Assembly (NCBI GenBank): GCA_016219925.1
Contig: JACRJU010000012.1
Location: 6,723 to 70,722, forward strand
Direction of reading: 5' to 3'
DNA: 64,000 bases
Source: Candidatus Uhrbacteria bacterium
GTDB lineage: Bacteria > Patescibacteriota > Patescibacteriia > UBA9934 > GWF2-40-263
The notes below the pieces were generated by a model. It searched no databases and was not told the DNA's origin. It saw nothing but the letters and a program-made list of their open reading frames with translations. A program made the translations under genes and the position numbers. How positions within the stretch are numbered: the first letter of the stretch is position 1; every line of letters starts with the position of its first letter. Shown piece after piece: positions 29,527-38,890 of this stretch.

Positions 29527-31239
29527 ATGATCAATTTGAAAAAAACCTTAATTGCCGCTCTCTTGGCCGCAACGGCTGTGAGCCCGATCATTCCCTCGGT
29601 AAACGCTGGCGACGGTCAGTGGAATTCTGTCATCGCCGAGGCCGCTTGGGACTATGATTTGTACCGCGTTGAACGCCTTTCCACGGGGAAGAACGTGAGC
29701 GGCCCGTTTGAGTTTAATGACGGAATATTTTTGAGCGAACAGGCCAAGAGCTGTAAATATCCCGATGCGTGTCAGTTGGTTGATTTGACGTTCGTCAAAA
29801 ACGGATCGCTGATGCGCGTGAACGATGTGAATCCTCGCGTCTTGTCTCCTTTTTGGCACAGCGGCCAAGATGGGCGGTTTGTTTATCTGGTGCCTTCTTC
29901 CAGCAAAGACAGCTGGGGAACCGTGTTTGGATACTTACCAGAAAGTGGAGTGATTCAGACATTGAGTTCGATTGTGCGCAAGACTGACGACATCAACTAT
30001 TTAACTTCATCCGTGGATGGCACGCGTGTGTACGCGTCCATCCTTCATAAGGACGCTCAAACCGGTGCGGTTGAAACCAAGCTTTCCGTTGCCGATTACG
30101 CCGAGCGTTTTGAGCGCGATGATTTTACGTGGACGTTGAATGCGCGTTGGCAAGAGATTTTGGATGTTCGCGATCGCCTTGTGCTCGCGAAGTTTCATTT
30201 TGACGGAGGGCACTCACAGCTCATCTTGATCGATGAAGCTCATCGGACGGTTAAGGATATTCCCGGAACTTGGACGACTCCAGACGGAGATATCGTTGCC
30301 GCGCATTTCCTTTCTGACGGCACGGTCCAGTACTTTCAAAACTTCCGCATGTACACTTATAAACCCGGAGATGAAAAAGCTACCGAATCCGGTGGAGCGT
30401 ATCTCAACTGGTTCGCTGATCCCAAAGACAGCATCCAGATTGTCGGAGATCGCATGGCCTATCTTGATCCGGAGAACACGTTATATGTGACGTCTCCTCA
30501 AGGAGCTTCAAGCTTCGGCAAGGTGCTCAATGGCAAGTTTACTCTTGAGGCCGATGCGGTTTACTTCCAGTCTCCAAAAGAATTTAACAGCTATACGTTC
30601 AGCACCAAAACTTGGAAGGCCCGTCATTTTCAAGTGACGGATGCCTATGAAGACATTCTCATTGGAACAGACGCGCAAGGGAATATCTGGTATGAAAATG
30701 AGACCAGCGGAAAGACCGTAAACATTGGTTACGGTTCCGCGCCGGTTTTGACCGATCGCGAGCATGCGATTTGGAAGGGGGCCGATGGCCACATCTATCA
30801 AGTCACGTTTTCCTCGCTTCTTGATCTGGGCAAGTCCCAGGTCCAAGCTTTCAAAGCTTACGGCGAGTCAACGGTTTACTTGCAGGTTGATCAGAAAACA
30901 TGGCGTGTTCCGGATGAGCAGACGTACTTCACCTGGTTTTCCTCATGGGCCAAAGTGACTTCAGTGTCGACTCAAACGGCAAAAGTTTATCTGGATAAGG
31001 CTCCGTTGATGGGAGACGCCCCGTTTGCTCCGGGGACCCGTGTGAAAGCCGCTGGCAATGCCCGCGTGTATGTCTCTGGAACAAATGGGTCACTTCATTG
31101 GATGGTCTCCGAGACGGTTGCGAATCAAATCTACGGTTCGTCTTGGAATAAAGGTATTATTGAAGTTCGCCCTGAACGTTTGTGGAATTATCCCACGGGA
31201 TCTCGTCTGAATTCAAGCACGGATATTCAACAGATTTAA
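29527..31239 (+). CDS. Secreted hypothetical protein (beta-rich, with C-terminal CPR-type surface repeats)
   Basis: Signal peptide; C-terminal STVY...PDEQTYFTWFSSW and PGTRVK...VY...YGSSW repeats. Confidence 0.65.
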   Translation: MINLKKTLIAALLAATAVSPIIPSVNAGDGQWNSVIAEAAWDYDLYRVERLSTGKNVSGPFEFNDGIFLSEQAKSCKYPDACQLVDLTFVKNGSLMRVNDVNPRVLSPFWHSGQDGRFVYLVPSSSKDSWGTVFGYLPESGVIQTLSSIVRKTDDINYLTSSVDGTRVYASILHKDAQTGAVETKLSVADYAERFERDDFTWTLNARWQEILDVRDRLVLAKFHFDGGHSQLILIDEAHRTVKDIPGTWTTPDGDIVAAHFLSDGTVQYFQNFRMYTYKPGDEKATESGGAYLNWFADPKDSIQIVGDRMAYLDPENTLYVTSPQGASSFGKVLNGKFTLEADAVYFQSPKEFNSYTFSTKTWKARHFQVTDAYEDILIGTDAQGNIWYENETSGKTVNIGYGSAPVLTDREHAIWKGADGHIYQVTFSSLLDLGKSQVQAFKAYGESTVYLQVDQKTWRVPDEQTYFTWFSSWAKVTSVSTQTAKVYLDKAPLMGDAPFAPGTRVKAAGNARVYVSGTNGSLHWMVSETVANQIYGSSWNKGIIEVRPERLWNYPTGSRLNSSTDIQQI

Positions 31240-31245
31240 TAGATC

Positions 31246-31281
31246 AAAAAAACCGCTCGGTCATTTGACCGGACGGTTTTT
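31246..31281. terminator. Bidirectional intrinsic terminator
   Basis: AAAAACCG-CT-CGGTCA-TT-TGACCG-GA-CGGTTTTT between convergent genes. Confidence 0.75.
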
Positions 31282-31284
31282 ATG

Positions 31285-31689
31285 TTACTTAACGTACGTT
31301 TCTTTCAATTTTCGTTTAAAGCGATTTTTGAGATTGGATACGAAGCTGAGCTTGGCTCGGCGAACGCGAGCGGTTTTGACGAGTTCGATTTTTGCGATGA
31401 CGGGTGATTGGATCGGGAAGATTTTTTCCACGGCCACCGTTCCGCTCATTTTGCGGATCGTGAAGGTGCGGGATACTCCAGCTCCACGTATTCCCAAGAC
31501 CATCCCCTCAAATACCTGGATACGTTGACGTTCCTCTCCTTTTGGAGAGACGTCCACAATGCGTTCATGAACGCGCACCGTCTGTCCGGCCTTGAGTTCA
31601 TCGAAGTTGATGAGTTTGGTGTTGATGATCGCGGATTCTTCCGCGGGGGTCGGCTCCAAAGGAGTCTGGATGGATTGTTCGTCTGACAT
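31285..31689 (-). CDS. rplS: 50S ribosomal protein L19
   Basis: GQTVRVH, RIQVFEG, TFTIRK, VEKIFP, VRRAKL. Confidence 0.96.
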   Translation of the reverse strand: MSDEQSIQTPLEPTPAEESAIINTKLINFDELKAGQTVRVHERIVDVSPKGEERQRIQVFEGMVLGIRGAGVSRTFTIRKMSGTVAVEKIFPIQSPVIAKIELVKTARVRRAKLSFVSNLKNRFKRKLKETYVK

Positions 31690-31728
31690 AGAAAGGGGTC
31701 ATTCCGGAAAAATTAAAGCGCGGGCATC

Positions 31729-32280
31729 TTACGAAACCGTAGGGATTTTGTCAAGAATCTGGGTGATAATTTGTTCTGGTGAAAGATGCGTGGTATCAAT
31801 GACCAGGTCGTAATTGGCCTGGTTGAGATAATCCAGTCCGTAGTATTTTTGGTATCGGCTTTGGTCGGAAGCCACGCGCGCGCGGACACGTTCTTTCACT
31901 TCTTCTGCGGAGGCATAAGGTCTTTCATCCTTGCGCAGGCCTTTTTTGGAAGCGTCAAAAATGCGTTGCGCCGCTTCATCTTCATCCACGTCTAGAAATA
32001 TTTTGAATGAGTTCGGAATGAAGTGCCAGGAAAGCCGACCGTCCATGATCACATCTTGTTGTTCTTGACCAAGTTTGGTTTGGTAATCGTCGACTTCTGT
32101 GTCGGTAAAATCTTGTGTTTCTCCAAGCGTGTTGAATTCATCAATGGTCATGCCACGTTCATGGGCCATTTTTCCGCGCAGGTCTCCCATGGAATACCAC
32201 GGGATCCCTAGGTTTTCAGAAAGCCTTTTCGCAATAGTTGATTTTCCAGAGCCAGGTCGGCCGGTCAGAGTAATGATCAT
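31729..32280 (-). CDS. cmk: Cytidylate kinase, short archaeal-type family
   Basis: MIITLTGRPGSGKST, DGRLS, RYQKYYG, YDLVIDT. Confidence 0.82.
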   Translation of the reverse strand: MIITLTGRPGSGKSTIAKRLSENLGIPWYSMGDLRGKMAHERGMTIDEFNTLGETQDFTDTEVDDYQTKLGQEQQDVIMDGRLSWHFIPNSFKIFLDVDEDEAAQRIFDASKKGLRKDERPYASAEEVKERVRARVASDQSRYQKYYGLDYLNQANYDLVIDTTHLSPEQIITQILDKIPTVS

Positions 32281-32290
32281 AAAACAGTCC

Positions 32291-33211
32291 TTACTTTAGG
32301 GTTGTCAGGATTTTTTTGAGTTCATTCGGAAGCGGTTCCACGAAAGTTTTTTCTGTTCCGTCCATCAATCGAATCCGCAGTTTGTGCGCATGCAAAAAGA
32401 CACGGTTCATTTCAATGGGACGGATGTGTTTCATGCGCGTTTTTTTGTAGAGGGTATCCCCGACGATGGGGTAATCAATGGCTCGCAGGTGAACGCGAAT
32501 TTGGTGCGTGCGTCCCGTGTGGAGGATGACGCGGATGTAGGTGTGGTTTTTATAGCGCTTCACCACATCGTACTCCGTCAGAGCTTCTTTTCCTTCTTGA
32601 CTTGAAGGTCTGGCGACCATGCGCCCGCGTGCTTTGGAGCGAGCGATTTTTAGGGTGATGACGTCGTGATCTTTTGGAAGGGAACCATACACGAGCGCGA
32701 GATACTCTTTATAGACCGTGCGGTTTTGAAATTGCGCCTTAAGAAATTGATGAGCTTCTTGCGTTTTGGCGATGACCATAAGGCCAGAGACATCTTTATC
32801 CAAACGATGAACAATGCCAGGCCTGATGGGATTTTCCCCAACGTCTGCGATTTCTGGCCGCATTTCAAGCAGAGCATCCACGAGGGTCGGGGTATCGGGG
32901 GCTCCCTCGTAGCCATGGACGATCAAGCCGGCTGGCTTGTTGATGATAAGCACGTCTGGATTTTCGTAAACAATTTGCAGAAGCGGAATATCTCCTTTGC
33001 GTGCGGGGGGTGCGCCAGTTTCCACAGGAGGAACAAAAATTTTTTCTCCGCCCTGTACGCGAGTGTCTCGGTCCGCGGGTTTGCCGTTCACTAAAATGTC
33101 ACGGGTCTTGATGAGCTTTTGGACTTGTCCGCGCGTGAGATCGCACAGAGCCGTCACGGCGACATCGAGGCGTTGTCCACTGTGTGTCTCATCAATGATA
33201 AAAGTGGGCAT
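32291..33211 (-). CDS. RluA/RluD-family pseudouridine synthase with S4 domain
   Basis: RLD S4 start, NKPAGLIVH, GIVHRLDKDVSG, TGRTHQIRVH, PIVGD, FLHA. Confidence 0.93.
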   Translation of the reverse strand: MPTFIIDETHSGQRLDVAVTALCDLTRGQVQKLIKTRDILVNGKPADRDTRVQGGEKIFVPPVETGAPPARKGDIPLLQIVYENPDVLIINKPAGLIVHGYEGAPDTPTLVDALLEMRPEIADVGENPIRPGIVHRLDKDVSGLMVIAKTQEAHQFLKAQFQNRTVYKEYLALVYGSLPKDHDVITLKIARSKARGRMVARPSSQEGKEALTEYDVVKRYKNHTYIRVILHTGRTHQIRVHLRAIDYPIVGDTLYKKTRMKHIRPIEMNRVFLHAHKLRIRLMDGTEKTFVEPLPNELKKILTTLK

Positions 33212-33212
33212 A

Positions 33213-33383
33213 TCAAGCGAACAGCGCACGGTAGAATAACCCAAAGAAGAGAATCAAAAAAAGCGCGGCGATGATAATGGCCACCATGCCGATCATGCCT
33301 TCTTTATCTTTTTCTTTGAGCGTGATACGCAGAAAAAAAATTCCAAAGGCTAAAATGACGAGTCCGAGAAAGAAAAATGGCAT
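33213..33383 (-). CDS. Small two-TM membrane protein
   Basis: 56 aa; two hydrophobic helices around KEKDKE; closely spaced with rluA. Confidence 0.6.
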   Translation of the reverse strand: MPFFFLGLVILAFGIFFLRITLKEKDKEGMIGMVAIIIAALFLILFFGLFYRALFA

Positions 33384-33389
33384 ACGCAC

Positions 33390-33465
33390 TGGTAGGGGCG
33401 GATGGATTCGAACCATCGGCCATCGAGGTATAAGCTCGACGCTCTAACCAACTGAGCTACGCCCC
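33390..33465 (-). tRNA. tRNA-Ile (anticodon UAU), CCA encoded
   Basis: GGGGCGTAGCTCAGTTGGTTAGAGCG-TCGAG-CTTATAC-CTCGA-TGGCCGATGGTTCGAATCCATCCGCCCCT-A-CCA. Confidence 0.92.
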
Positions 33466-33543
33466 TGTGAGCGTCTGTGCGATAGTCAGTCGCGGCTTTG
33501 CGCGAGGGCTTTTATAGTATATCATCGGTATGAGATTGACCAT

Positions 33544-33990
33544 ATGTCCGCCTTTGATTTTTCCTCCTTTGGGTCGTTTTTGTCTGTGATCTGGTTTTTT
33601 ATTTATTGGATTTTGGGAGGGGTTTTCTTTGCGGTCATTGCGCTCTTACGGCTTGGGCGCGTGAGAAAAGTTCGGTTCAGTTGTCTGTTTACGATTTGGG
33701 TCGGGGTCATTTCCGTTCTTGTTTCGTCTAAGGGATTGGCGTGGAGCCATGAGGCGATCACCCGTTGTGTGGAAGGGGCGACCTCGCGAGTTCAGATAAT
33801 TGTAGCGGTATTTACTTGCGGATTTTCCGGAGTCCTTGGAGCGTTTTTGATTGGCGCCTTTGCGGTGACTGCTGGCGGATTTTTGATTTTTGCAATTTCT
33901 CGGACGAAGATGAAACCTTGGATTGTTCTTGAGGAGGAAGAGGTCGCGCCAATAAAGCAAGACGACTCGACCAAGTTTTTTAAAGGTTGA
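33544..33990 (+). CDS. Hypothetical membrane protein (3 TM)
   Basis: 148-aa hydrophobic ORF with an ATG start. Confidence 0.6.
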   Translation: MSAFDFSSFGSFLSVIWFFIYWILGGVFFAVIALLRLGRVRKVRFSCLFTIWVGVISVLVSSKGLAWSHEAITRCVEGATSRVQIIVAVFTCGFSGVLGAFLIGAFAVTAGGFLIFAISRTKMKPWIVLEEEEVAPIKQDDSTKFFKG

Positions 33991-34015
33991 CGCGTTTTTT
34001 AACATTGACTACAAT
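33987..34015 (+). promoter_or_regulatory. sigma70 promoter of tRNA-Val
   Basis: TTGACG-17 nt-TACAAT. Confidence 0.7.
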
Positions 34016-34029
34016 TCGCACGCTTCTAG

Positions 34030-34106
34030 GGGCGCATAGCTCAGTTGGTTAGAGCGTCACATTGACATTGTGAAGGTCAGAGGTTCGACTCCTCTTGCGC
34101 CCACCA
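34030..34106 (+). tRNA. tRNA-Val (anticodon GAC), CCA encoded
   Basis: GGGCGCA...TGCGCCC-A-CCA; TCACA-TTGACAT-TGTGA; GGTTCGACTCC. Confidence 0.95.
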
Positions 34107-34136
34107 GTTCGCTCACAGGCAGAATGCGGAGAATCT

Positions 34137-35441
34137 ATGGACTTGCAGTACAGGAAAATCCTATTGCTGATAGGGGATGTGATCCTTTTGTTCGCGTCTC
34201 TTTTTTTAACGGTGCGTTTTCGATTGTTCGATCATTGGGACCCTGAATTATTTTGGACGCATGCGCGCGCTTTCGTTTTTCTTTACCCGTTTTGGTTGAT
34301 CGTTCTTTATACCTTCGATCAGTATGATGTCGTATCAGCGAGAGTCACGAGAAATCGGAAGATGTTCATTGTTGCTTTGGGCGTCAGTTTTTTGATTGGT
34401 CTGGCTTATTTTTACGTTCTTCCTCAACCGGCCATCACGCCAAAGACAAATTTATTTATTCACGTCATCCTTTTTGGGCTGTTCGCATTTTTTTGGCGAA
34501 TCCTCTATAAACGATTTTCTGTTTCCGGGTCATCCGTGCCGATTGGTTTATTTAAGGACGATACTCAGACGTCCGTTCTAGTTGATCTTCTTACTTCGCA
34601 CGCCCATTTGGGGTACGTCCCGGTGCTTCTGGACGCCCAAAAGAGTTTGGAGCCTCAAATCACCGCTCATCGACTGATGTTTTTGATCGTTCCGTCCGCT
34701 TTATATTATTCCGTCGATACGATCAAGCGTATGTATGATTGTATTGGTTTGGGAGTGACGTTTCTTGAGCCTGTCCAGATGTATGAATTTCTTGAGAGGA
34801 AGATTCCGCTCTCTGTCGTCGATCAGTCATGGTTTGTCAAAAATTTACAAGAGAGAGAATCGGATTGGTATCGCGTGGCCAAACGTGTTGTTGATCTTTT
34901 TGCGGCCAGTCTGGTTTTGATTTTCAGTTTTCCTTTGTGGATTATTATTTCAATAGCCATCAAATTGGAAGATCATGGACCATTGTTTTATCACCAAGTG
35001 CGTGTGGGAAAATATGGGAAACCATTCGCCATTTGGAAATTTCGATCCATGAAGGTGAATGCGGAGGCGCAGGGAATGCAGTGGGCAGAAAAACAAGACC
35101 CTCGGGTGACACGCGTGGGAAAGTGGCTACGTTACACTCATCTTGATGAGCTTCCGCAGGCGTTGAATATCATACACGGGGATATCAGTTTTGTCGGACC
35201 AAGACCTGAACGTCCGGAATTTGTTTTGCAATTGGAGAAAGAACTTCCGCACTACCGATTGCGTCACGTAATACAACCTGGGTTTACCGGTTGGGCGCAA
35301 GTGCGTTTTCGCTATGCGCGTTCGGTCGCTGATTCGCGCGAGAAATTTGAATACGATTTGTACTATATCAAAAACCGCTCCCTGTTGTTTGACGGACTCA
35401 TTTTGTTAAAAACCGCCAGGCTTTTATTCCGGGGGGAGTGA
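34137..35441 (+). CDS. Second priming polyprenyl-phosphate sugar phosphotransferase
   Basis: KRVVDL, WKFRSM, DPRVTRVGKWLR, LDELPQ, VGPRPERP, PGFTGWAQV, YDLYYIKN; start MDLQ. Confidence 0.92.
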   Translation: MDLQYRKILLLIGDVILLFASLFLTVRFRLFDHWDPELFWTHARAFVFLYPFWLIVLYTFDQYDVVSARVTRNRKMFIVALGVSFLIGLAYFYVLPQPAITPKTNLFIHVILFGLFAFFWRILYKRFSVSGSSVPIGLFKDDTQTSVLVDLLTSHAHLGYVPVLLDAQKSLEPQITAHRLMFLIVPSALYYSVDTIKRMYDCIGLGVTFLEPVQMYEFLERKIPLSVVDQSWFVKNLQERESDWYRVAKRVVDLFAASLVLIFSFPLWIIISIAIKLEDHGPLFYHQVRVGKYGKPFAIWKFRSMKVNAEAQGMQWAEKQDPRVTRVGKWLRYTHLDELPQALNIIHGDISFVGPRPERPEFVLQLEKELPHYRLRHVIQPGFTGWAQVRFRYARSVADSREKFEYDLYYIKNRSLLFDGLILLKTARLLFRGE

Positions 35442-35446
35442 TTTGA

Positions 35447-36769
35447 TCAGGCTCTTTTTTTGAGCCAGTTTTTTGCCTGTTCACGAGTCAGGATGCGCCC
35501 TTCAAGTTGTTCATCGCGTAGCTCCCCGAGGGTTTCACGCACTTTGGGGCCAGCGGAGACGCCGGCATTTAAAACATCGTTTCCAGAAAGAAGCGGAGGG
35601 ATGGTTTCATCCTCTCGGACGGACCAGCACTCACGGATGGCTTGTATTCTTTGCGTGGCTATGCTCACTCCCGTTGTGTTTCCTTTTAGTCGCAGAGCAT
35701 TTAGCAGGAGAGGAGAATGTTCAGCCATGAATATTTTTTCAAAAATTGATGCGCGCAATTTTTTTATGACGTCGGAGTTGATGAATTGTTGAAGTGAGGA
35801 AATCGCCCAGACGATTTGTTTGGGTTCAATGCGCAAAGGACTGTTGTGGGGAAGAGTATCCAATCCAGTCTGCGACAGGAGGGGAGGAACGTTTTGAGAA
35901 GGGATGGATGACAACAGAAGAGTGATCGCGAGAGCTGGATTACTAGATGGGGCTTTTTGCAATAGGTCCGGGTCGATTGTTTTTCCAAACAGAATTTCAA
36001 GCGCACCAGCTTTTTTGAGCCATTGTTCGGCAAGAGTCGGACTTGCGAAAAATGCTTTGGCAAGTTCCTCGCCGATGGTTTCGCGTGGGACGATAAAATC
36101 GCCACGGTCTTTGCGGTCGTGAAGTCGAGCGATGTTTCGCGTTATCGCTTCAAGTGTTGCGGGTTCGATCGTGAAGCCGAGTTGCGCGGCAAAATGTATG
36201 GCACGCAGCATGCGCGAAAGGTCTTCATCAAATCGTATTTGTGCTTCACCAACCGTCCGAATGAGGTGCGCTTCCAGATCGTTGACGCCACCGAACGGGT
36301 CGATGAGATCAAATGTTCGCAGATCAATCGCCATCGCATTGATCGTAAAGTCGCGACGCGAGAGGTCATCTTCGATGGCAAGAGTGGCATCTGTTTGAAC
36401 ATCGAAATCTTTGTAGCCACCCTGACTTTCGGCGGATGATTGTTCACGGCGCGGCAAGGCAATGTCGATATAAGAGGACTGTGCGGGATTCAGGCCTTGT
36501 GGCATAAACTTAAACACCCCGAACGTTTTTCCAACCAGATTAATTTCTCCGCGCTTTGCAAACCAGGCCTCGATTATTTCGGCGGAGACTCCTCGCACAA
36601 CAAAATCAAAATCTTTTGTAGTCTGCGCGCGTTGTAAAAGGATATCTCGCACCGCCCCGCCGACGAGGTATAATCCCGCATCGCCGTGGTCGGTTAAAAA
36701 ATCCGGCACGAACGCGAGCTGGATATTGGATGCCAAAATTCGTTTGGTTTCCTCCTTTGGTAGAATCAT
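35447..36769 (-). CDS. cca: Class II tRNA nucleotidyltransferase (CCA-adding family), no HD domain
   Basis: YLVGGAVRD, DFD, RRDFTINAMA, DPFGG, EDLSRMLRA, C-terminal LLSGND...GPKV. Confidence 0.85.
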   Translation of the reverse strand: MILPKEETKRILASNIQLAFVPDFLTDHGDAGLYLVGGAVRDILLQRAQTTKDFDFVVRGVSAEIIEAWFAKRGEINLVGKTFGVFKFMPQGLNPAQSSYIDIALPRREQSSAESQGGYKDFDVQTDATLAIEDDLSRRDFTINAMAIDLRTFDLIDPFGGVNDLEAHLIRTVGEAQIRFDEDLSRMLRAIHFAAQLGFTIEPATLEAITRNIARLHDRKDRGDFIVPRETIGEELAKAFFASPTLAEQWLKKAGALEILFGKTIDPDLLQKAPSSNPALAITLLLSSIPSQNVPPLLSQTGLDTLPHNSPLRIEPKQIVWAISSLQQFINSDVIKKLRASIFEKIFMAEHSPLLLNALRLKGNTTGVSIATQRIQAIRECWSVREDETIPPLLSGNDVLNAGVSAGPKVRETLGELRDEQLEGRILTREQAKNWLKKRA

Positions 36770-36803
36770 AAGTCCCTATCGTGCCATGAGCTGGTTGACT
36801 TCA

Positions 36804-37946
36804 TTATAGCATTGAACGATAAATTTCTCGTGTGCGTTCGCACATGGTCTGAACGTTGAATCGTGATACAACCCTCTCTTGCCCGACTCGACCCATGTGC
36901 GCGCATAGCTTGGGTTCAACAGCGAGCCGTTCAATAGCATCCCGAAGAGCCAGGGGATCATTTGGAGGCACCATAATCCCCGCGTCTGATCCGACAGCCT
37001 CTTTGATTCCTCCGACGTTGCTTGCAATGACGGGAAGGCCTTGGGCCATGGCTTCAAGAATGGAATAGGGCAATCCTTCATAGCGAGTTGGGAGAACGAA
37101 GATATCAGCCATTTTAAGCCTCTCAAGAACTTGCCTGCGAGTGAGGGCCCCTGTCAGTTCAACCTGTTGGTCGAGGCTGAATTCGCGGATGGCTTTTTGG
37201 AGTTCGGGTTTCTGCGGACCATCGCCAATAAAGGTTATTTGGATGCGCTGGCGTATAGAAGGCGGTAAAAACGAGATAGATTTTAAAAGAAGAAACGGAT
37301 CTTTTGGTGGCGCGAGCCGACCGATAAACAAGATATGGCTTTGTGATCCTTCGTCGGCCTGCGGTCTTCTCTGGATGACAGACTGGTTTTTGTCATCCTG
37401 AGCGCTAGCGAAGGATTCCGAGGTTTCGACTCCGTTGTAAACGACAGTCAGTTTTTCTTTTGGCGCGATTCGGTGTGTGCGGGCTAATTGTAAATCATTT
37501 TTTGAAACGCAGATGATCATTGAACAGAAGTGAGCTGTGAGTCTTTCGAGCCATGGAAGTATGACCCGTCGAGAGCGCTTTGTTCCTTGTGTGAAGCTCC
37601 ATCCATGAGCCGTAAAGATCGTTGGAATACGGTTGTTGATGACAAAGCGTCCCAGAAGTCCGGTCATAGTGCTATGACAGGCGACGAGATCAGGCTGATT
37701 GTTTTTAACAGCGGCGAGGAGCAGGCGGGACGCTTTCCATAACCGAAGCGGATTCACGCTATTTGCAAGCCAAGCATTTGGATAAAAAGTTGCTCCAAGC
37801 CGTTTCGTTTCTTCCTCAAGCCAACCACCGGGCGCACTCATGACAGCGACTTGATCACCCTGCGACAGAAAAAACTTTGTGAGTTGAGCCACGTGTGTCT
37901 GGGCTCCTCCTTGTTCGGATTTGGTGATGAAGAAAAAAATTTTCAT
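36804..37946 (-). CDS. Glycosyltransferase family 4 (with in-frame palindromic insert)
   Basis: GGAQTH, FTAHGW, IGRL, EGLPYSILEAMA. Confidence 0.92.
   Translation of the reverse strand: MKIFFFITKSEQGGAQTHVAQLTKFFLSQGDQVAVMSAPGGWLEEETKRLGATFYPNAWLANSVNPLRLWKASRLLLAAVKNNQPDLVACHSTMTGLLGRFVINNRIPTIFTAHGWSFTQGTKRSRRVILPWLERLTAHFCSMIICVSKNDLQLARTHRIAPKEKLTVVYNGVETSESFASAQDDKNQSVIQRRPQADEGSQSHILFIGRLAPPKDPFLLLKSISFLPPSIRQRIQITFIGDGPQKPELQKAIREFSLDQQVELTGALTRRQVLERLKMADIFVLPTRYEGLPYSILEAMAQGLPVIASNVGGIKEAVGSDAGIMVPPNDPLALRDAIERLAVEPKLCAHMGRVGQERVVSRFNVQTMCERTREIYRSML
37345..37418. repeat. REP-like palindromic element inside a CDS
   Basis: GATCCTTCG...GGATGACA-10 nt-TGTCATCCTGAGCGCTAGCGAAGGAT. Confidence 0.8.
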
Positions 37947-37953
37947 ATATCTC

Positions 37954-38025
37954 TGTCATCCTGAGCGCCAGCGAAATATTATAAATACTTCTGTCATCTG
38001 TCATCCTGAGCGCCAGCGAAGGATC
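37954..38025. repeat. Two direct copies of TGTCATCCTGAGCGCCAGCGAA
   Basis: Copies at 37954-37975 and 37999-38020, in the GT2-GT4 intergenic gap. Confidence 0.85.
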
Positions 38026-38030
38026 ACGAA

Positions 38031-38855
38031 TTATTGCATGCTCGGATGCTTGTACACGATTTGTCCAAACACGTGCACTCGCGCCCATCGTACGATGCAG
38101 ATCGGTAGGATGATCGCCAAAAATGGCTTGATGAGATGAATCGCGCACCAAAGAGGGTAGTCACCTCTTTTAAGAGCGCGCCAACGCGCTCTGAGGGCAA
38201 AGCGGATTTGTTCCTGCTCGTTTTTGAAAGAGATCATGTGTGTGGTCATCCGTTTTTGCATGAGGATGTCCGGGAGGTTTGCAAAGTGTGCCGTAGATGA
38301 GAGGCGGAGCCACAAATCGTAGTCCTGGGCTTTTTTGAACGTCTCGTCATAGCCGCCTGCACGGTCTAATGTTTTTTTTCGGATCATGATGGAACCGTGC
38401 AAGAACGGATTCGTGCGAATGAGGGTTTTGTGGAGCGTCTGAGAATCAGTTATCACCTGAGGTCTGCCGATGATGCGTCCTTCTGCATCGATCCATTCAA
38501 ATGCCGTGCCGACCATATCGATGTCTGGATGCGTATCAAGAAAGGCGATTTGGTTTGCGAGACGTTCTGGGAGCGCGATATCATCCGCATCCATACGGGC
38601 GACATAGTTACCTGTTGCTTGAGTAAGGGCGCGGTTGAGCGACTTAGTGAGCCCAAGGTTTGTGGAGTTGGTGAGCACGCGGATGCGGTCATCTTGTGCG
38701 GCAAGCTCACGCAGGATTTGAGAGGTCGTATCGGTTGAGCCATCGTCGACGATCAAGAGTTCGAAATCGCGAAAGCTCTGCCTAAGCAAACTCAACACCG
38801 CCTCGCGGATAAAGCGATCGCCGTTGAAGACGCAACAGACAAGAGAAACGCGCAT
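38031..38855 (-). CDS. Glycosyltransferase family 2
   Basis: VDDGSTD, NLGLTKSLN, ARMDADD, QDYDLWLR. Confidence 0.93.
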   Translation of the reverse strand: MRVSLVCCVFNGDRFIREAVLSLLRQSFRDFELLIVDDGSTDTTSQILRELAAQDDRIRVLTNSTNLGLTKSLNRALTQATGNYVARMDADDIALPERLANQIAFLDTHPDIDMVGTAFEWIDAEGRIIGRPQVITDSQTLHKTLIRTNPFLHGSIMIRKKTLDRAGGYDETFKKAQDYDLWLRLSSTAHFANLPDILMQKRMTTHMISFKNEQEQIRFALRARWRALKRGDYPLWCAIHLIKPFLAIILPICIVRWARVHVFGQIVYKHPSMQ

Positions 38856-38890
38856 GTGGGTAAGATACTTTTTTTAAAAAGATGCACATG

